A DNA stretch of 53,299 nt from a virus: the IMG/VR virus record IMGVR_UViG_3300045988_183942; one strand, written 5' to 3'. How positions within the stretch are numbered: the stretch's first letter is position 1; every line of letters begins with the position of its first letter. A program made the position numbers and the translations under genes. The notes below the pieces were generated by a model. It had not been told where the DNA came from and searched no databases. It saw only the letters and a list, made by a program, of their open reading frames with translations. Positions 44,556 to 53,200 of the stretch are shown here, piece after piece.

Positions 44556-44753
44556 ATGAATGAATTTAAAAATTTTAATCATGATGAAATACAATTACTA
44601 TGCAAAAACTGCAAAGATAATTCAGAATTACTCTACGATTCACATCATGATCAAATCTTTTGCAAGACCTGTGGAACATTAATATATGAAGCAGGGCATT
44701 TATATTCACAATTTATCCTTGAAAAAATTACACTTACATGTTCGGGAAAATAA
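44556..44753 (+). CDS. Stand-alone TFIIB/TFB-type zinc-ribbon-like protein
   Basis: ATG at 44556 after GAAGGGG. LLCKNCKDNSELLYDSHHDQIFCKTCGTLIYE fits the C..C...D...C..CG.vi pattern. Confidence 0.4.
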   Translation: MNEFKNFNHDEIQLLCKNCKDNSELLYDSHHDQIFCKTCGTLIYEAGHLYSQFILEKITLTCSGK

Positions 44754-45223
44754 ACATATCTAACAAATTCAGCATATTTCATCTATTTTATATTTTCGTC
44801 CATAAAAGAAGAAAAACACGATTTAACTTTTTTATCATATAAAAAAAATCCCCTTCAACTTAATTAAAAAAACATGACCTTTTAGTGTAATTCTATTGTA
44901 AAAAAAAATTAATAATATGGGGTAAAAAGATAAGACCAAATTTTAATTATAAAAAACATTTAATATAAAAAGAATTATCTAATTTTTGTTCATGGTCCCA
45001 TTATAATTCTTATAAAAAAAATGTGATTGTTTTATATATAGTAAAAAAAATTATAATTAATATTTTTTTTATCCCTTTTTATTAACCCCCCTAATTTCAT
45101 TATTTATCTTCTGGATGTACAGAGAAATGCAGATACTCTTAAAAAAAAAGAGAAATAAACATTAAAATTTTTAACATTGCTCTCAAAAAACATTAAGATA
45201 CTCTATTATCTTTTTTTTTTATC

Positions 45224-45248
45224 GTAGGTTCGAATCCTACTGCATCCA
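45224..45248 (+). other. tRNA 3'-end fragment (T-arm plus 3' acceptor strand plus discriminator) - att-site-like relic
   Basis: gtagg-ttcgaat-cctac followed by tgcatcc-a. No matching 5' half at tRNA distance. Confidence 0.6.
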
Positions 45249-45322
45249 TTCACTCCTAAAACATAAAATATTATTGTTAATTTTTTTTTATTTAATCTAA
45301 AAAAGATGGAGGATTTTAAAAA

Positions 45323-45556
45323 ATGACACAAAAAAATGAATTATTCGGAAACCTAACAACAATAATCAAATTCGTAGTAATGACTATAGCACCATATTTG
45401 GCCTTAACTGCAGATATGCAGAATCAGTTAATCGCAATACTCGTAGCCGTAATTGGATTCATATTAGCCTACTTTGATGCGAAACACCCAAACACCATAT
45501 TAGACAACACTACCAATAATGATAGTGCGGAGTATGATAATGATGACACAGCATAA
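45323..45556 (+). CDS. Two-TM holin-like protein
   Basis: GGAGG RBS. TM segments LTTIIKFVVMTIAPYLAL and LIAILVAVIGFILAYF. Acidic C-terminal tail. Confidence 0.45.
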   Translation: MTQKNELFGNLTTIIKFVVMTIAPYLALTADMQNQLIAILVAVIGFILAYFDAKHPNTILDNTTNNDSAEYDNDDTA

Positions 45557-45803
45557 CACATTAACCTGTGTAAACGAAGACAGAATAGTAACATTAGAAA
45601 CCAAAGCAAATCATAGGCAACATGAAATCAATGAATTCAAAAAAAGAATAGACAAACTAGATAGCAACCTAGACAAACTATGCATTAATGTAGCTGAAGT
45701 AAACAGCATATTATCCACTCTTAAATGGATACTTGGATTAAGCATAGCATTATTCGGAGGAATATTCTGTTTTCTGGTAACAGAATTGATTAAATTATTA
45801 TAA
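45540..45803 (+). CDS. XhlA-like protein (N-terminal coiled coil, C-terminal TM anchor)
   Basis: LETKANHRQHEINEFKKRIDKLDSNLDKL followed by WILGLSIALFGGIFCFLVTELI. Start codon uncertain (45519 or 45540). Confidence 0.4.
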   Translation: MMTQHNTLTCVNEDRIVTLETKANHRQHEINEFKKRIDKLDSNLDKLCINVAEVNSILSTLKWILGLSIALFGGIFCFLVTELIKLL

Positions 45804-45810
45804 TACATCC

Positions 45811-45841
45811 TGTATCGATACAATATTAATGTATCGATACA
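45811..45841. promoter_or_regulatory. Two copies of the perfect 12-bp palindrome TGTATCGATACA separated by 7 nt
   Basis: Copies at 45811-45822 and 45830-45841, about 40 nt upstream of terS. Confidence 0.6.
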
Positions 45842-45881
45842 CAATAAATACAAAAAAATACATTAATGGAGGTAGATGAAG

Positions 45882-46448
45882 ATGCCACCAAAGCCTAAAG
45901 TAGAAGTGTCACCTCATTATGATGAAATTATTGATTTATTATTGGATGGTAAAAGTTCAAGGGAGGTTTCTGCTTATTTGAAGAAGGAATATGGTGAGGT
46001 TATTGGGCATAATGCTATTAGTAATTATAAACGTAATCATATGAAATTAGAGGAGAAAGTGGAGGCTGAAGCTAATAGGTTGTTAGCTAAGAAAACTGCT
46101 GAAGTGGTTGATGATAGTGTTAAGAAGAAAGCTGAAACTATTGTTGATGTTGAATTGGAAACTCAAACTGTAGCTAGTCAAAGTGCAGAATTATTAATCG
46201 GTTTGCATAAAGTAGCTTCAGATTTCCCAGAGGATTATAGGCGGATGAAAGAAGCTGCTGAATATGATGATTCAAGAGTAACTTGGAAAGATGTTGCTAA
46301 TATGAGTTTGCAAGCAAACAAAATTTCTAATGATTTCTTGAAAAATACTGATGTTAATGTTAATGTTGAGAATAATAATTTAACAACTTATTTTGATGAA
46401 GAAAAAATAAGGAATATTTTATATGCTAAGCGAGAAAGAAATAAGTGA
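45882..46448 (+). CDS. terS: Terminase small subunit
   Basis: HTH-like SSREVSAYLKKEYGEVIGHNAISNY. Directly upstream of and overlapping terL. ATG at 45882 is 9 nt after GGAGG. Confidence 0.55.
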   Translation: MPPKPKVEVSPHYDEIIDLLLDGKSSREVSAYLKKEYGEVIGHNAISNYKRNHMKLEEKVEAEANRLLAKKTAEVVDDSVKKKAETIVDVELETQTVASQSAELLIGLHKVASDFPEDYRRMKEAAEYDDSRVTWKDVANMSLQANKISNDFLKNTDVNVNVENNNLTTYFDEEKIRNILYAKRERNK

Positions 46449-47799
46449 AATCTTAAATGATTTATATCTTTTTTATCGTGTTTTCATCACATCAAAATAT
46501 GAAACAGATGTTGAAGCTCCACACATTGATAAATTATCAGAGGAGTTAACTGCTTTAACTTTAGGTGAGTATGAACGTTTGTGTGTTGCAATGCCTCCAA
46601 GGCATTCCAAATCATCTATGGTTACTTTAGCTTATCCTTTATGGTTAATATTCCAAAACCCACATCTTAATATTCTTATAGTTTCTAATGAAGCAAGCTT
46701 AGCAGAAACATTTGGTATTAAACTAAGAGAATACATTAAAAAATATGGAGCATACTTCGGAGTACACCTATCAGAATCAAAACACAGCAGTACTCATTTA
46801 ATGTTCGAAGACAAAAAGGGTTTAGCAGGAAGTATTAAACTAGTAGGAGCTAATGGTTCTATTACGGGTAGAGATGCAGACTACATTATCATAGATGACC
46901 CGTATAAAGGATTTGAGGATATCACACCAACATTACTGCAAAAAAGGATTGATTGGTTTGACATTATTATTGAACAAAGAATAGAATCCCATACCAAACT
47001 AGCTATACTGCACACTCGTTGGCATAGTAATGATTTGCAAGGTTATTTTAAAAAGAACCGTAGTGAAGATTATCATTTCATAAGCTTCCCAGCAATCAAG
47101 GAAAATGGTGAACAATTATGGCCTGAAAAATATACGATTGAAAAATTGGAAAAGAAAAGGGAATCTATTGGTGAGCGATTATTCCAATCTATTTTTCAAC
47201 AAAAACCAATAGATGATACCAGTGATTTCTTCGATTTAAACAAATTTCATTGGCAGGCCCCTCCAAAAGAATTAACAACCATTCAAATGTGTCGTGGATG
47301 GGATGTAGCTTCAAGTGACCCTGGTAAAAATGATTTCACAGCAGGAGTACCTATGTACCTGTTAAACGATAATAAATCTATACTTATAACTGATTTTGTT
47401 CATGGGCAATTTGGTAAAGACACAAGTCAAAAAATAAAAAATCAGATAATACTTGATGGACATGATAATATTTCAATAATTGAAACTGGAGTAGCTGCTG
47501 CAGGGGCACTACTCTATGATAACTGGGAGCAACAATTACCAGGATACTTCCTGGAAAGAGCCATACCCGTACCAAATAATAGTAAAGCAGACCGAGCAAC
47601 ACCACTGAAAGATTATATTTACGATGGACATGTATATGTTGATATTAAGGATAATAATCTCCGTAAAATATTCCAAGATGAATTTCGTGCATTTCCTAAT
47701 GGAGAACATGACGATATTGTTGATGCAACTGCACATGTATTCAATTATATTAACCAAGAATTTATTGGGAATGATATCTTTGAAATTGTGGAAATATAA
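46423..47799 (+). CDS. terL: Terminase large subunit
   Basis: AMPPRHSKSS (Walker A variant P.RhGKS), YIIIDDP (Walker B) and a C-terminal nuclease-like region. Confidence 0.75.
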   Translation: MLSEKEISEILNDLYLFYRVFITSKYETDVEAPHIDKLSEELTALTLGEYERLCVAMPPRHSKSSMVTLAYPLWLIFQNPHLNILIVSNEASLAETFGIKLREYIKKYGAYFGVHLSESKHSSTHLMFEDKKGLAGSIKLVGANGSITGRDADYIIIDDPYKGFEDITPTLLQKRIDWFDIIIEQRIESHTKLAILHTRWHSNDLQGYFKKNRSEDYHFISFPAIKENGEQLWPEKYTIEKLEKKRESIGERLFQSIFQQKPIDDTSDFFDLNKFHWQAPPKELTTIQMCRGWDVASSDPGKNDFTAGVPMYLLNDNKSILITDFVHGQFGKDTSQKIKNQIILDGHDNISIIETGVAAAGALLYDNWEQQLPGYFLERAIPVPNNSKADRATPLKDYIYDGHVYVDIKDNNLRKIFQDEFRAFPNGEHDDIVDATAHVFNYINQEFIGNDIFEIVEI

Positions 47800-47832
47800 T
47801 AAAAAAAATATGGAAAAGGAGAATTATATAAT

Positions 47833-49113
47833 ATGGGATTTTTTAACAACATCAAAAAAAGCATAATGAAACTACCCGGACTACGAAACCCTGAAGACGA
47901 TTCATTACTCTATGAATTCATGAACAATTACCATTGGGCATTCACACAAGCCAACAAAGACACAGGCGACCTACAAACATATTATGACTCATATAATAAT
48001 GTTTTTGTTAAATCATGCATTAAAGCATACATCAGATACAGCCTAATAAACGGATTCACCATTACCAACAATTATGGTGAAGAAGTAAATCCCATAACAG
48101 CTAATTACTTAAATAACTTATTCAATGATCCTCAGGGAAAATTAAGAGCAGATACATTTGCAACACTCAATGATTTAATATGGAAATCATGGAAATTAAC
48201 AGGAGACTGTTTTATAGAAGTTAACCATAAAGAAAATTATGGCAACATACCTATTGGTTTTAAACATATACCTACAGAGTTAATCTGTTATCATAATGAT
48301 ACTAGCCAATGGGGTCTTCGTAATACAGATTACAGGTTTGAAGATGATGAAATAATACATATATATGAACCTAGACCCGAAGCTAAAAACTATCTATGGG
48401 GTATTAGTGAAATAGACAGTATTGGATTATCTATTGCATTAGAATTCAGTGGTTTAAAACATAACAAAGAAATGTTTGATAACAGCGGAATGGATCCACG
48501 AGGAATATTATCATTTGATAAAGAAACAAGTAATGTAAGTATTCAATCTTTTATTAACAGAATGAAGCAAGATAAAAATAAAAAAGGTTTGCTTACAGTT
48601 AAAGGAGCTACTTATCAAAGCACAGGTAATAATAACCGTGATTTGGATTTCCTTAACTTATTAAATTATAGTCGTGATCGTATATTAATTGGTTTTCAAG
48701 TGCCTCCTGCTGTGATAGGCATTGTTGAAACAGCACATTTAGGTAGTGGTACAGGGGATAGTCAAGAAAAATCTTTTAATAATACTTTGTCTGGGGATTG
48801 TAAGATTATTGAAAATGCTTTTAATAAAGTATTAGGCAGGTCTGGGTTTAAAGAGGTTTTTGAGTATAACCATATGGATTTGGAGAATAAGTTGACTCGT
48901 GCTCAGATAGAGGATATTCAGTTGAAGAACGGTGTTAAGTCTATTAACGAGGTTCGTTTGGATTATGGTTTGAATCCTGTGGATTGGGGTGATTTACCTT
49001 TAAATCAAGAGTTAACAATGTCACCTAACATGGGCAATGGTAATTATAGTACTGAGGTTAAGAGTTTAGAAAAAGCTTTAACCATGGAAAGATTACGCAA
49101 GGAGTACCAGTAA
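47833..49113 (+). CDS. Portal protein
   Basis: 426 aa, lying between terL and the MuF-like gene. AAGGAG RBS. Confidence 0.65.
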   Translation: MGFFNNIKKSIMKLPGLRNPEDDSLLYEFMNNYHWAFTQANKDTGDLQTYYDSYNNVFVKSCIKAYIRYSLINGFTITNNYGEEVNPITANYLNNLFNDPQGKLRADTFATLNDLIWKSWKLTGDCFIEVNHKENYGNIPIGFKHIPTELICYHNDTSQWGLRNTDYRFEDDEIIHIYEPRPEAKNYLWGISEIDSIGLSIALEFSGLKHNKEMFDNSGMDPRGILSFDKETSNVSIQSFINRMKQDKNKKGLLTVKGATYQSTGNNNRDLDFLNLLNYSRDRILIGFQVPPAVIGIVETAHLGSGTGDSQEKSFNNTLSGDCKIIENAFNKVLGRSGFKEVFEYNHMDLENKLTRAQIEDIQLKNGVKSINEVRLDYGLNPVDWGDLPLNQELTMSPNMGNGNYSTEVKSLEKALTMERLRKEYQ

Positions 49114-49114
49114 T

Positions 49115-50611
49115 ATGGTGTCAGTTGAAAGAATTAAAACTAATCATATGCTCCTTGATGATTTAGGTTTATGGGATGAGTTTAGAATAAATAAAACACG
49201 CGATTCTTCAGTAGTTCAAAGATATTATAATCTTTTAAAAGAGCTTATTGATAATCAATTATCTTCAACTAAAAGTTGGTTAAATACGACTGAAGCAAGA
49301 AATTATTTCTTTAATGGGGCGAAATATCAAAGAGAAGTATTTTCTGCACTTGAAGAGGATTTAGATGAACTACTTGAAAAAAATTATTTTAGTATTGATT
49401 CATTACTTGAAGATATATATCAAAGAGGAAAACAAAAAGGTTACTTGGATATAAAATCTAAACAACGTTTCACACAAGCAGATAAATTAGCATTGCAATT
49501 TGCTAAAGATTATAATCATGGACTTGTGAGGAATCTTTCACGTGATTTAAGACATACAGTTAAAAATGAAATATTTAAAGGAGTTATAGCTGGGGAAAAT
49601 CCTCATGAAATTGCAAGAAGATTGTTAAAAGTTGGGGTGCAACCTTTAAAAAACACCACATTCACACCATTGCAAAGAGCAACATTAATAGCTAAAACAG
49701 AAGTAAGTAGAGTACAAAATACAGGAATACTCCAATCATATGCAAATGAAGGCTACACAGAAGTTAAAATTTTAACTGCAGAAGATAATAATGTTTGTAC
49801 TACATGTTTAAAGTATGCATATGAATTTAACAAAAATGAGAATGTAATCTTTGATAATCATGGGGAAGAAAAAACTCATAAAATAGAAGATATTCTTGGA
49901 TTAATACCATTTCATCCAAATTGTAGATGTACAGTCACAGCAGTATGGGAAACCAAAGGGGAACCTCCTGAAAACCCGATTGTAACAAATTTAACTGAGG
50001 ATAATAATTTCAACAGATATATTATAGATAATGGGAAGTTATATCCTATTGTTGGAAATACTCATAAAGGAAGATTAGATTTTGAAATGGATTGTGGTGT
50101 TTTTGCAGATAATTTAACAGAAGAAGAATTAGAATTCATAAGATTATACACTAAAAAGGGAGACTCAATTCTAAACTTTTATTTAAGAGGACTACAATCT
50201 CCAGATAGAAACCCAAAACAAGAATGGAAAAATTTGGTTAAAGAAAGAGAGGTTGATATTTCTTTTGAGAGGGCTTTAGAATTAGTTAGAATGGTATTTA
50301 ATAAAGGTATAGTACTTAATGAACCATTAGTGTTAATTAGAAGAGAAAATAATAGGTACATGAAAGTAGAAGGTAATAAAAAAGTTTATTCTGATAAAGG
50401 TATTCTTTCAACATCTATAGGTGAAAATGTTAAATCTGATGTTTATGGTGATGAACTTAATTATATTTTAGTTCCTGCAGGAACAAAAGTGCTATATGTT
50501 GAAGGAATTACAGCAACTCAAGGTGATTTTGAGGTGATGTTGCCTCCAGGTTCTAATTTAGAATATATTAAAGATATTGGAGCTCATGCTAAAGTATGGA
50601 AACTTCAATAA
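49115..50611 (+). CDS. Head morphogenesis protein (SPP1 gp7/Mu F family) fused to a C-terminal ADP-ribosyltransferase-like toxin domain
   Basis: IAKTEVSRVQNTG ... VCTTCLKY ... FHPNCRCTV (MuF). C-terminal YTKKGDSILNFYLRG, LIRRE, GILSTSIG and GDFEVMLPPGSNLEYI (R-STS-[D/E]xE pattern). Confidence 0.65.
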   Translation: MVSVERIKTNHMLLDDLGLWDEFRINKTRDSSVVQRYYNLLKELIDNQLSSTKSWLNTTEARNYFFNGAKYQREVFSALEEDLDELLEKNYFSIDSLLEDIYQRGKQKGYLDIKSKQRFTQADKLALQFAKDYNHGLVRNLSRDLRHTVKNEIFKGVIAGENPHEIARRLLKVGVQPLKNTTFTPLQRATLIAKTEVSRVQNTGILQSYANEGYTEVKILTAEDNNVCTTCLKYAYEFNKNENVIFDNHGEEKTHKIEDILGLIPFHPNCRCTVTAVWETKGEPPENPIVTNLTEDNNFNRYIIDNGKLYPIVGNTHKGRLDFEMDCGVFADNLTEEELEFIRLYTKKGDSILNFYLRGLQSPDRNPKQEWKNLVKEREVDISFERALELVRMVFNKGIVLNEPLVLIRRENNRYMKVEGNKKVYSDKGILSTSIGENVKSDVYGDELNYILVPAGTKVLYVEGITATQGDFEVMLPPGSNLEYIKDIGAHAKVWKLQ

Positions 50612-50695
50612 ATATAAATATTTATATGATGCTGTTAACATATTAATATTAAAAATTAAATTTAGTTAATTGTGTTTTGATGGAGGTTATTGTTT

Positions 50696-51082
50696 ATGGT
50701 TGTTATTAAGTATGTTCGTTGTGATAAGGAATTTATTAAGAATATGCCTGCTAAAATTTTAGCTGAATTAATAATTCTTGAAGAGCCAATCCCGGGGGAT
50801 CTTGAATCAGCACTTCTTGGGAATAATAATACATTCAACAAAGAACGAAGAGATTTTGTGGGTAGGCGTGATGATCTTCTTAAACAAATTTGGGAAATTA
50901 ATTATAAAAAAGAGCAAATGAACATTGATGATTATTTAAAATTTGAAGTAGAGGAAGATATCCAATTTGTTAAGAAATATCCTCAATTCAAACCATTAAT
51001 AAATCATATTGAATATTGGGATAATGAAGCTGAAGTAATTATTAAAGAAGTTCCATTAGATGAATATTTATTAGAAAACTAA
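50696..51082 (+). CDS. Hypothetical protein (candidate immunity partner of the ART domain)
   Basis: ATG at 50696 is 9 nt after GGAGG. Immediately downstream of the toxin fusion. Confidence 0.35.
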   Translation: MVVIKYVRCDKEFIKNMPAKILAELIILEEPIPGDLESALLGNNNTFNKERRDFVGRRDDLLKQIWEINYKKEQMNIDDYLKFEVEEDIQFVKKYPQFKPLINHIEYWDNEAEVIIKEVPLDEYLLEN

Positions 51083-51152
51083 CCTCTCAGTACTACTTTT
51101 TTTTTTACTTTAAATGTATTACTATTAAAATAATAGTATATTGGTGATTTGT

Positions 51153-51815
51153 ATGGATATGTTTTTCGGAATATTAAATTTATTTTGGCAGATTATTTCA
51201 TCATTAAGTGTTATAGTCACATTATTTTGTTTTGTTTATCCTGAAGGAGCTTATCCCATAATTTCCTTTGTTTTTAATAAGATTAAAGAAAGAAGACTTA
51301 AAAAAACAATGTTAAATATTACTTTGATTTTTGATTATGATTGTAATATTCTTAATGATACACCCAACTTTAAAGAAGATATAGATGAATTATTCAAACA
51401 TTATGGTTTGATTTCTGACATGGAAGGTAATATAATTAAAGGAAATTTGAAAAGAAGAAATTTTCCAATATATTCTAAATTTAGAATTCCATTAGATGCT
51501 GAAACAAATTTGCATTTTACTCAAGCAGTAGATATTTCTTTTGAGAAATTTAATGATTGTATGTTATCTTTATTTGATAATATTCGTGAATTATTTAAAT
51601 TAAATTATATTTCAAACATTGATGGGAAAGTGAATATTCGCGTTAAAACATCATTTAATAAAAATAAATTGGTAAATCTTTTGGGAGATAATATATTAGG
51701 TAATTTTTCAATAATCACTGAAAATGGTGAAGTGACATTGATATATAATGGGGAATTAGTCGTCGAATCCATAGATTTTATTAAGGAAATTATTCTTGCT
51801 CTTGAGGATATTTAA
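51153..51815 (+). CDS. N-terminally membrane-anchored hypothetical protein
   Basis: TM FFGILNLFWQIISSLSVIVTLFCFV. No recognisable domain. Confidence 0.45.
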   Translation: MDMFFGILNLFWQIISSLSVIVTLFCFVYPEGAYPIISFVFNKIKERRLKKTMLNITLIFDYDCNILNDTPNFKEDIDELFKHYGLISDMEGNIIKGNLKRRNFPIYSKFRIPLDAETNLHFTQAVDISFEKFNDCMLSLFDNIRELFKLNYISNIDGKVNIRVKTSFNKNKLVNLLGDNILGNFSIITENGEVTLIYNGELVVESIDFIKEIILALEDI

Positions 51816-52518
51816 ATAATGGATAAATAATTTTGTCGAAATATTCTATTAATGTTATGCTATTCACTTCTTTATGTGGGGAATATAATTTATTTTGACT
51901 TATTGTAATTGTATTTACTAATTTCTTTGACATTATTCTGACACTTGTTTTTGTTTTTGCAGTTTCATTAATTAAACTGTATAATTCACTTTCAATACCT
52001 TCATCATCTCTTAAAATCCCATGTAAATTTACAGAATGATCATTTGCATTTAATCCTTTCCACCATCCACTTAATACTTCGGATGCATCTTTTTTTATTA
52101 TATCTGCGAAATATTCTTTTAAATCAAGTTCATTTGTTTTTAATTCTACCATTTGCTCTAAAGGTATGTTAATTTGAATTATTCTTTTCAGTTCACTTAG
52201 GATAAAATCTAAGTTTGATGAAGATTTAATAAAAATGAAAGTTTGAGGATGTTTAAAAGAAATCCATATTTCTGCAGAATCAACATGGAAATTAGGGAAA
52301 TTTCTTTCATCAATTTGAATTTTAGTTACTGATTCGTGTGTAAATTTAAAATCAATTAAATATTTTTCTCTAATGTTGTATTCGGAGATGTATTGTTTTA
52401 GTTCGACATCAAATTCTTCTTCTTTTTCATTTACTGAAGTATAATGTTTAATATAATCTAAATGTTGTTCTTTTAATCCATTGATTTTAAAAATATGTAA
52501 GGAAATCATTTTTAACAC
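51790..52518 (-). CDS. Hypothetical protein, antisense to the structural operon
   Basis: 242-aa ORF. 3' end converges on and overlaps the previous gene by 26 nt. Confidence 0.5.
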   Translation of the reverse strand: MLKMISLHIFKINGLKEQHLDYIKHYTSVNEKEEEFDVELKQYISEYNIREKYLIDFKFTHESVTKIQIDERNFPNFHVDSAEIWISFKHPQTFIFIKSSSNLDFILSELKRIIQINIPLEQMVELKTNELDLKEYFADIIKKDASEVLSGWWKGLNANDHSVNLHGILRDDEGIESELYSLINETAKTKTSVRIMSKKLVNTITISQNKLYSPHKEVNSITLIEYFDKIIYPLFKYPQEQE

Positions 52519-52634
52519 CTTAAGTAATTGTTTGTTATATTGTGTATAAATGTTTTATATCTATTTTTTTCTAAATCGTTACACTGTATATATGAAGAAA
52601 AGACTAAACATACTTTTCTTAATTATCAGCTCTT

Positions 52635-53012
52635 TTGGTTCGTACTCGTTTTTCAGGTTTTTTCTTCAACATATATCAGATAGCTTCGTTACAAAAAAAG
52701 AGAGAATATTTAAATGAAATTATCGAATGCTGGGATAATGAAGGGTTGCTTTTAGATAAAATGAAAACTATGGGTAATCAACCAATATTTAAATATAAAA
52801 AACTTTTAAAAGTTTTAAAAGATAATAAATTAAATTTAGGTATGTATGATTCTGTGGCTCCTAACGGGTTTAAACCACAACAATTAACTAGTGAGTTTGC
52901 AGAAAAAGTTTATAAAGTAATTGACGATACAAAAAATGAAAAATCAGATTCTATCGAGATTATTGGGGAATTATATACAATTAATACTCATAAAAATGAA
53001 TGTTCTTTATAA
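52635..53012 (+). CDS. Hypothetical protein, possibly a decaying gene
   Basis: Only a TTG start is available. The frame stays open for 37 more codons after the TAA. Confidence 0.3.
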   Translation: MVRTRFSGFFFNIYQIASLQKKREYLNEIIECWDNEGLLLDKMKTMGNQPIFKYKKLLKVLKDNKLNLGMYDSVAPNGFKPQQLTSEFAEKVYKVIDDTKNEKSDSIEIIGELYTINTHKNECSL

Positions 53013-53200
53013 ATTGCTTCTGAAGATGAAAAAAATGGAATAAATATCCGATTTAGTTTTGATAAAGAATTTAAAGAGGATCTTAAAAATAATATTGAAA
53101 AAATAATTCATATATACTTTGAATAGAGTTATCGAATATAATCCTATTGAGGATAATGAAAAAGTTACATATAAATTGAAACAAATTCTTTAATTTTTTT

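Noticed and set aside
45103-45248. Possible full-length (intron-containing) tRNA ending at the 45224-45248 fragment, using ggatgta at 45103 as the 5' acceptor strand
   Set aside because: The span is about 146 nt. I could not build a D arm with conserved GG or a credible anticodon arm, and the intervening DNA is A/T homopolymer-rich. I treat it as a 3' fragment only.
50612-50627. 16-bp perfect AT palindrome atataaatatttatat after the MuF-ART stop codon
   Set aside because: Pure A/T palindromes of this size are common in such AT-rich DNA. It may just be overlapping TATA-like sequence.
53013-53126. In-frame continuation (IASEDEKNGINIRFSFDKEFKEDLKNNIEKIIHIYFE) after the TAA of ORF 52635-53012, as possible stop-codon readthrough or recoding
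   Set aside because: There is no evidence for TAA reassignment anywhere else in the window, since all long genes end normally. A nonsense-mutated, decaying gene is the simpler reading.
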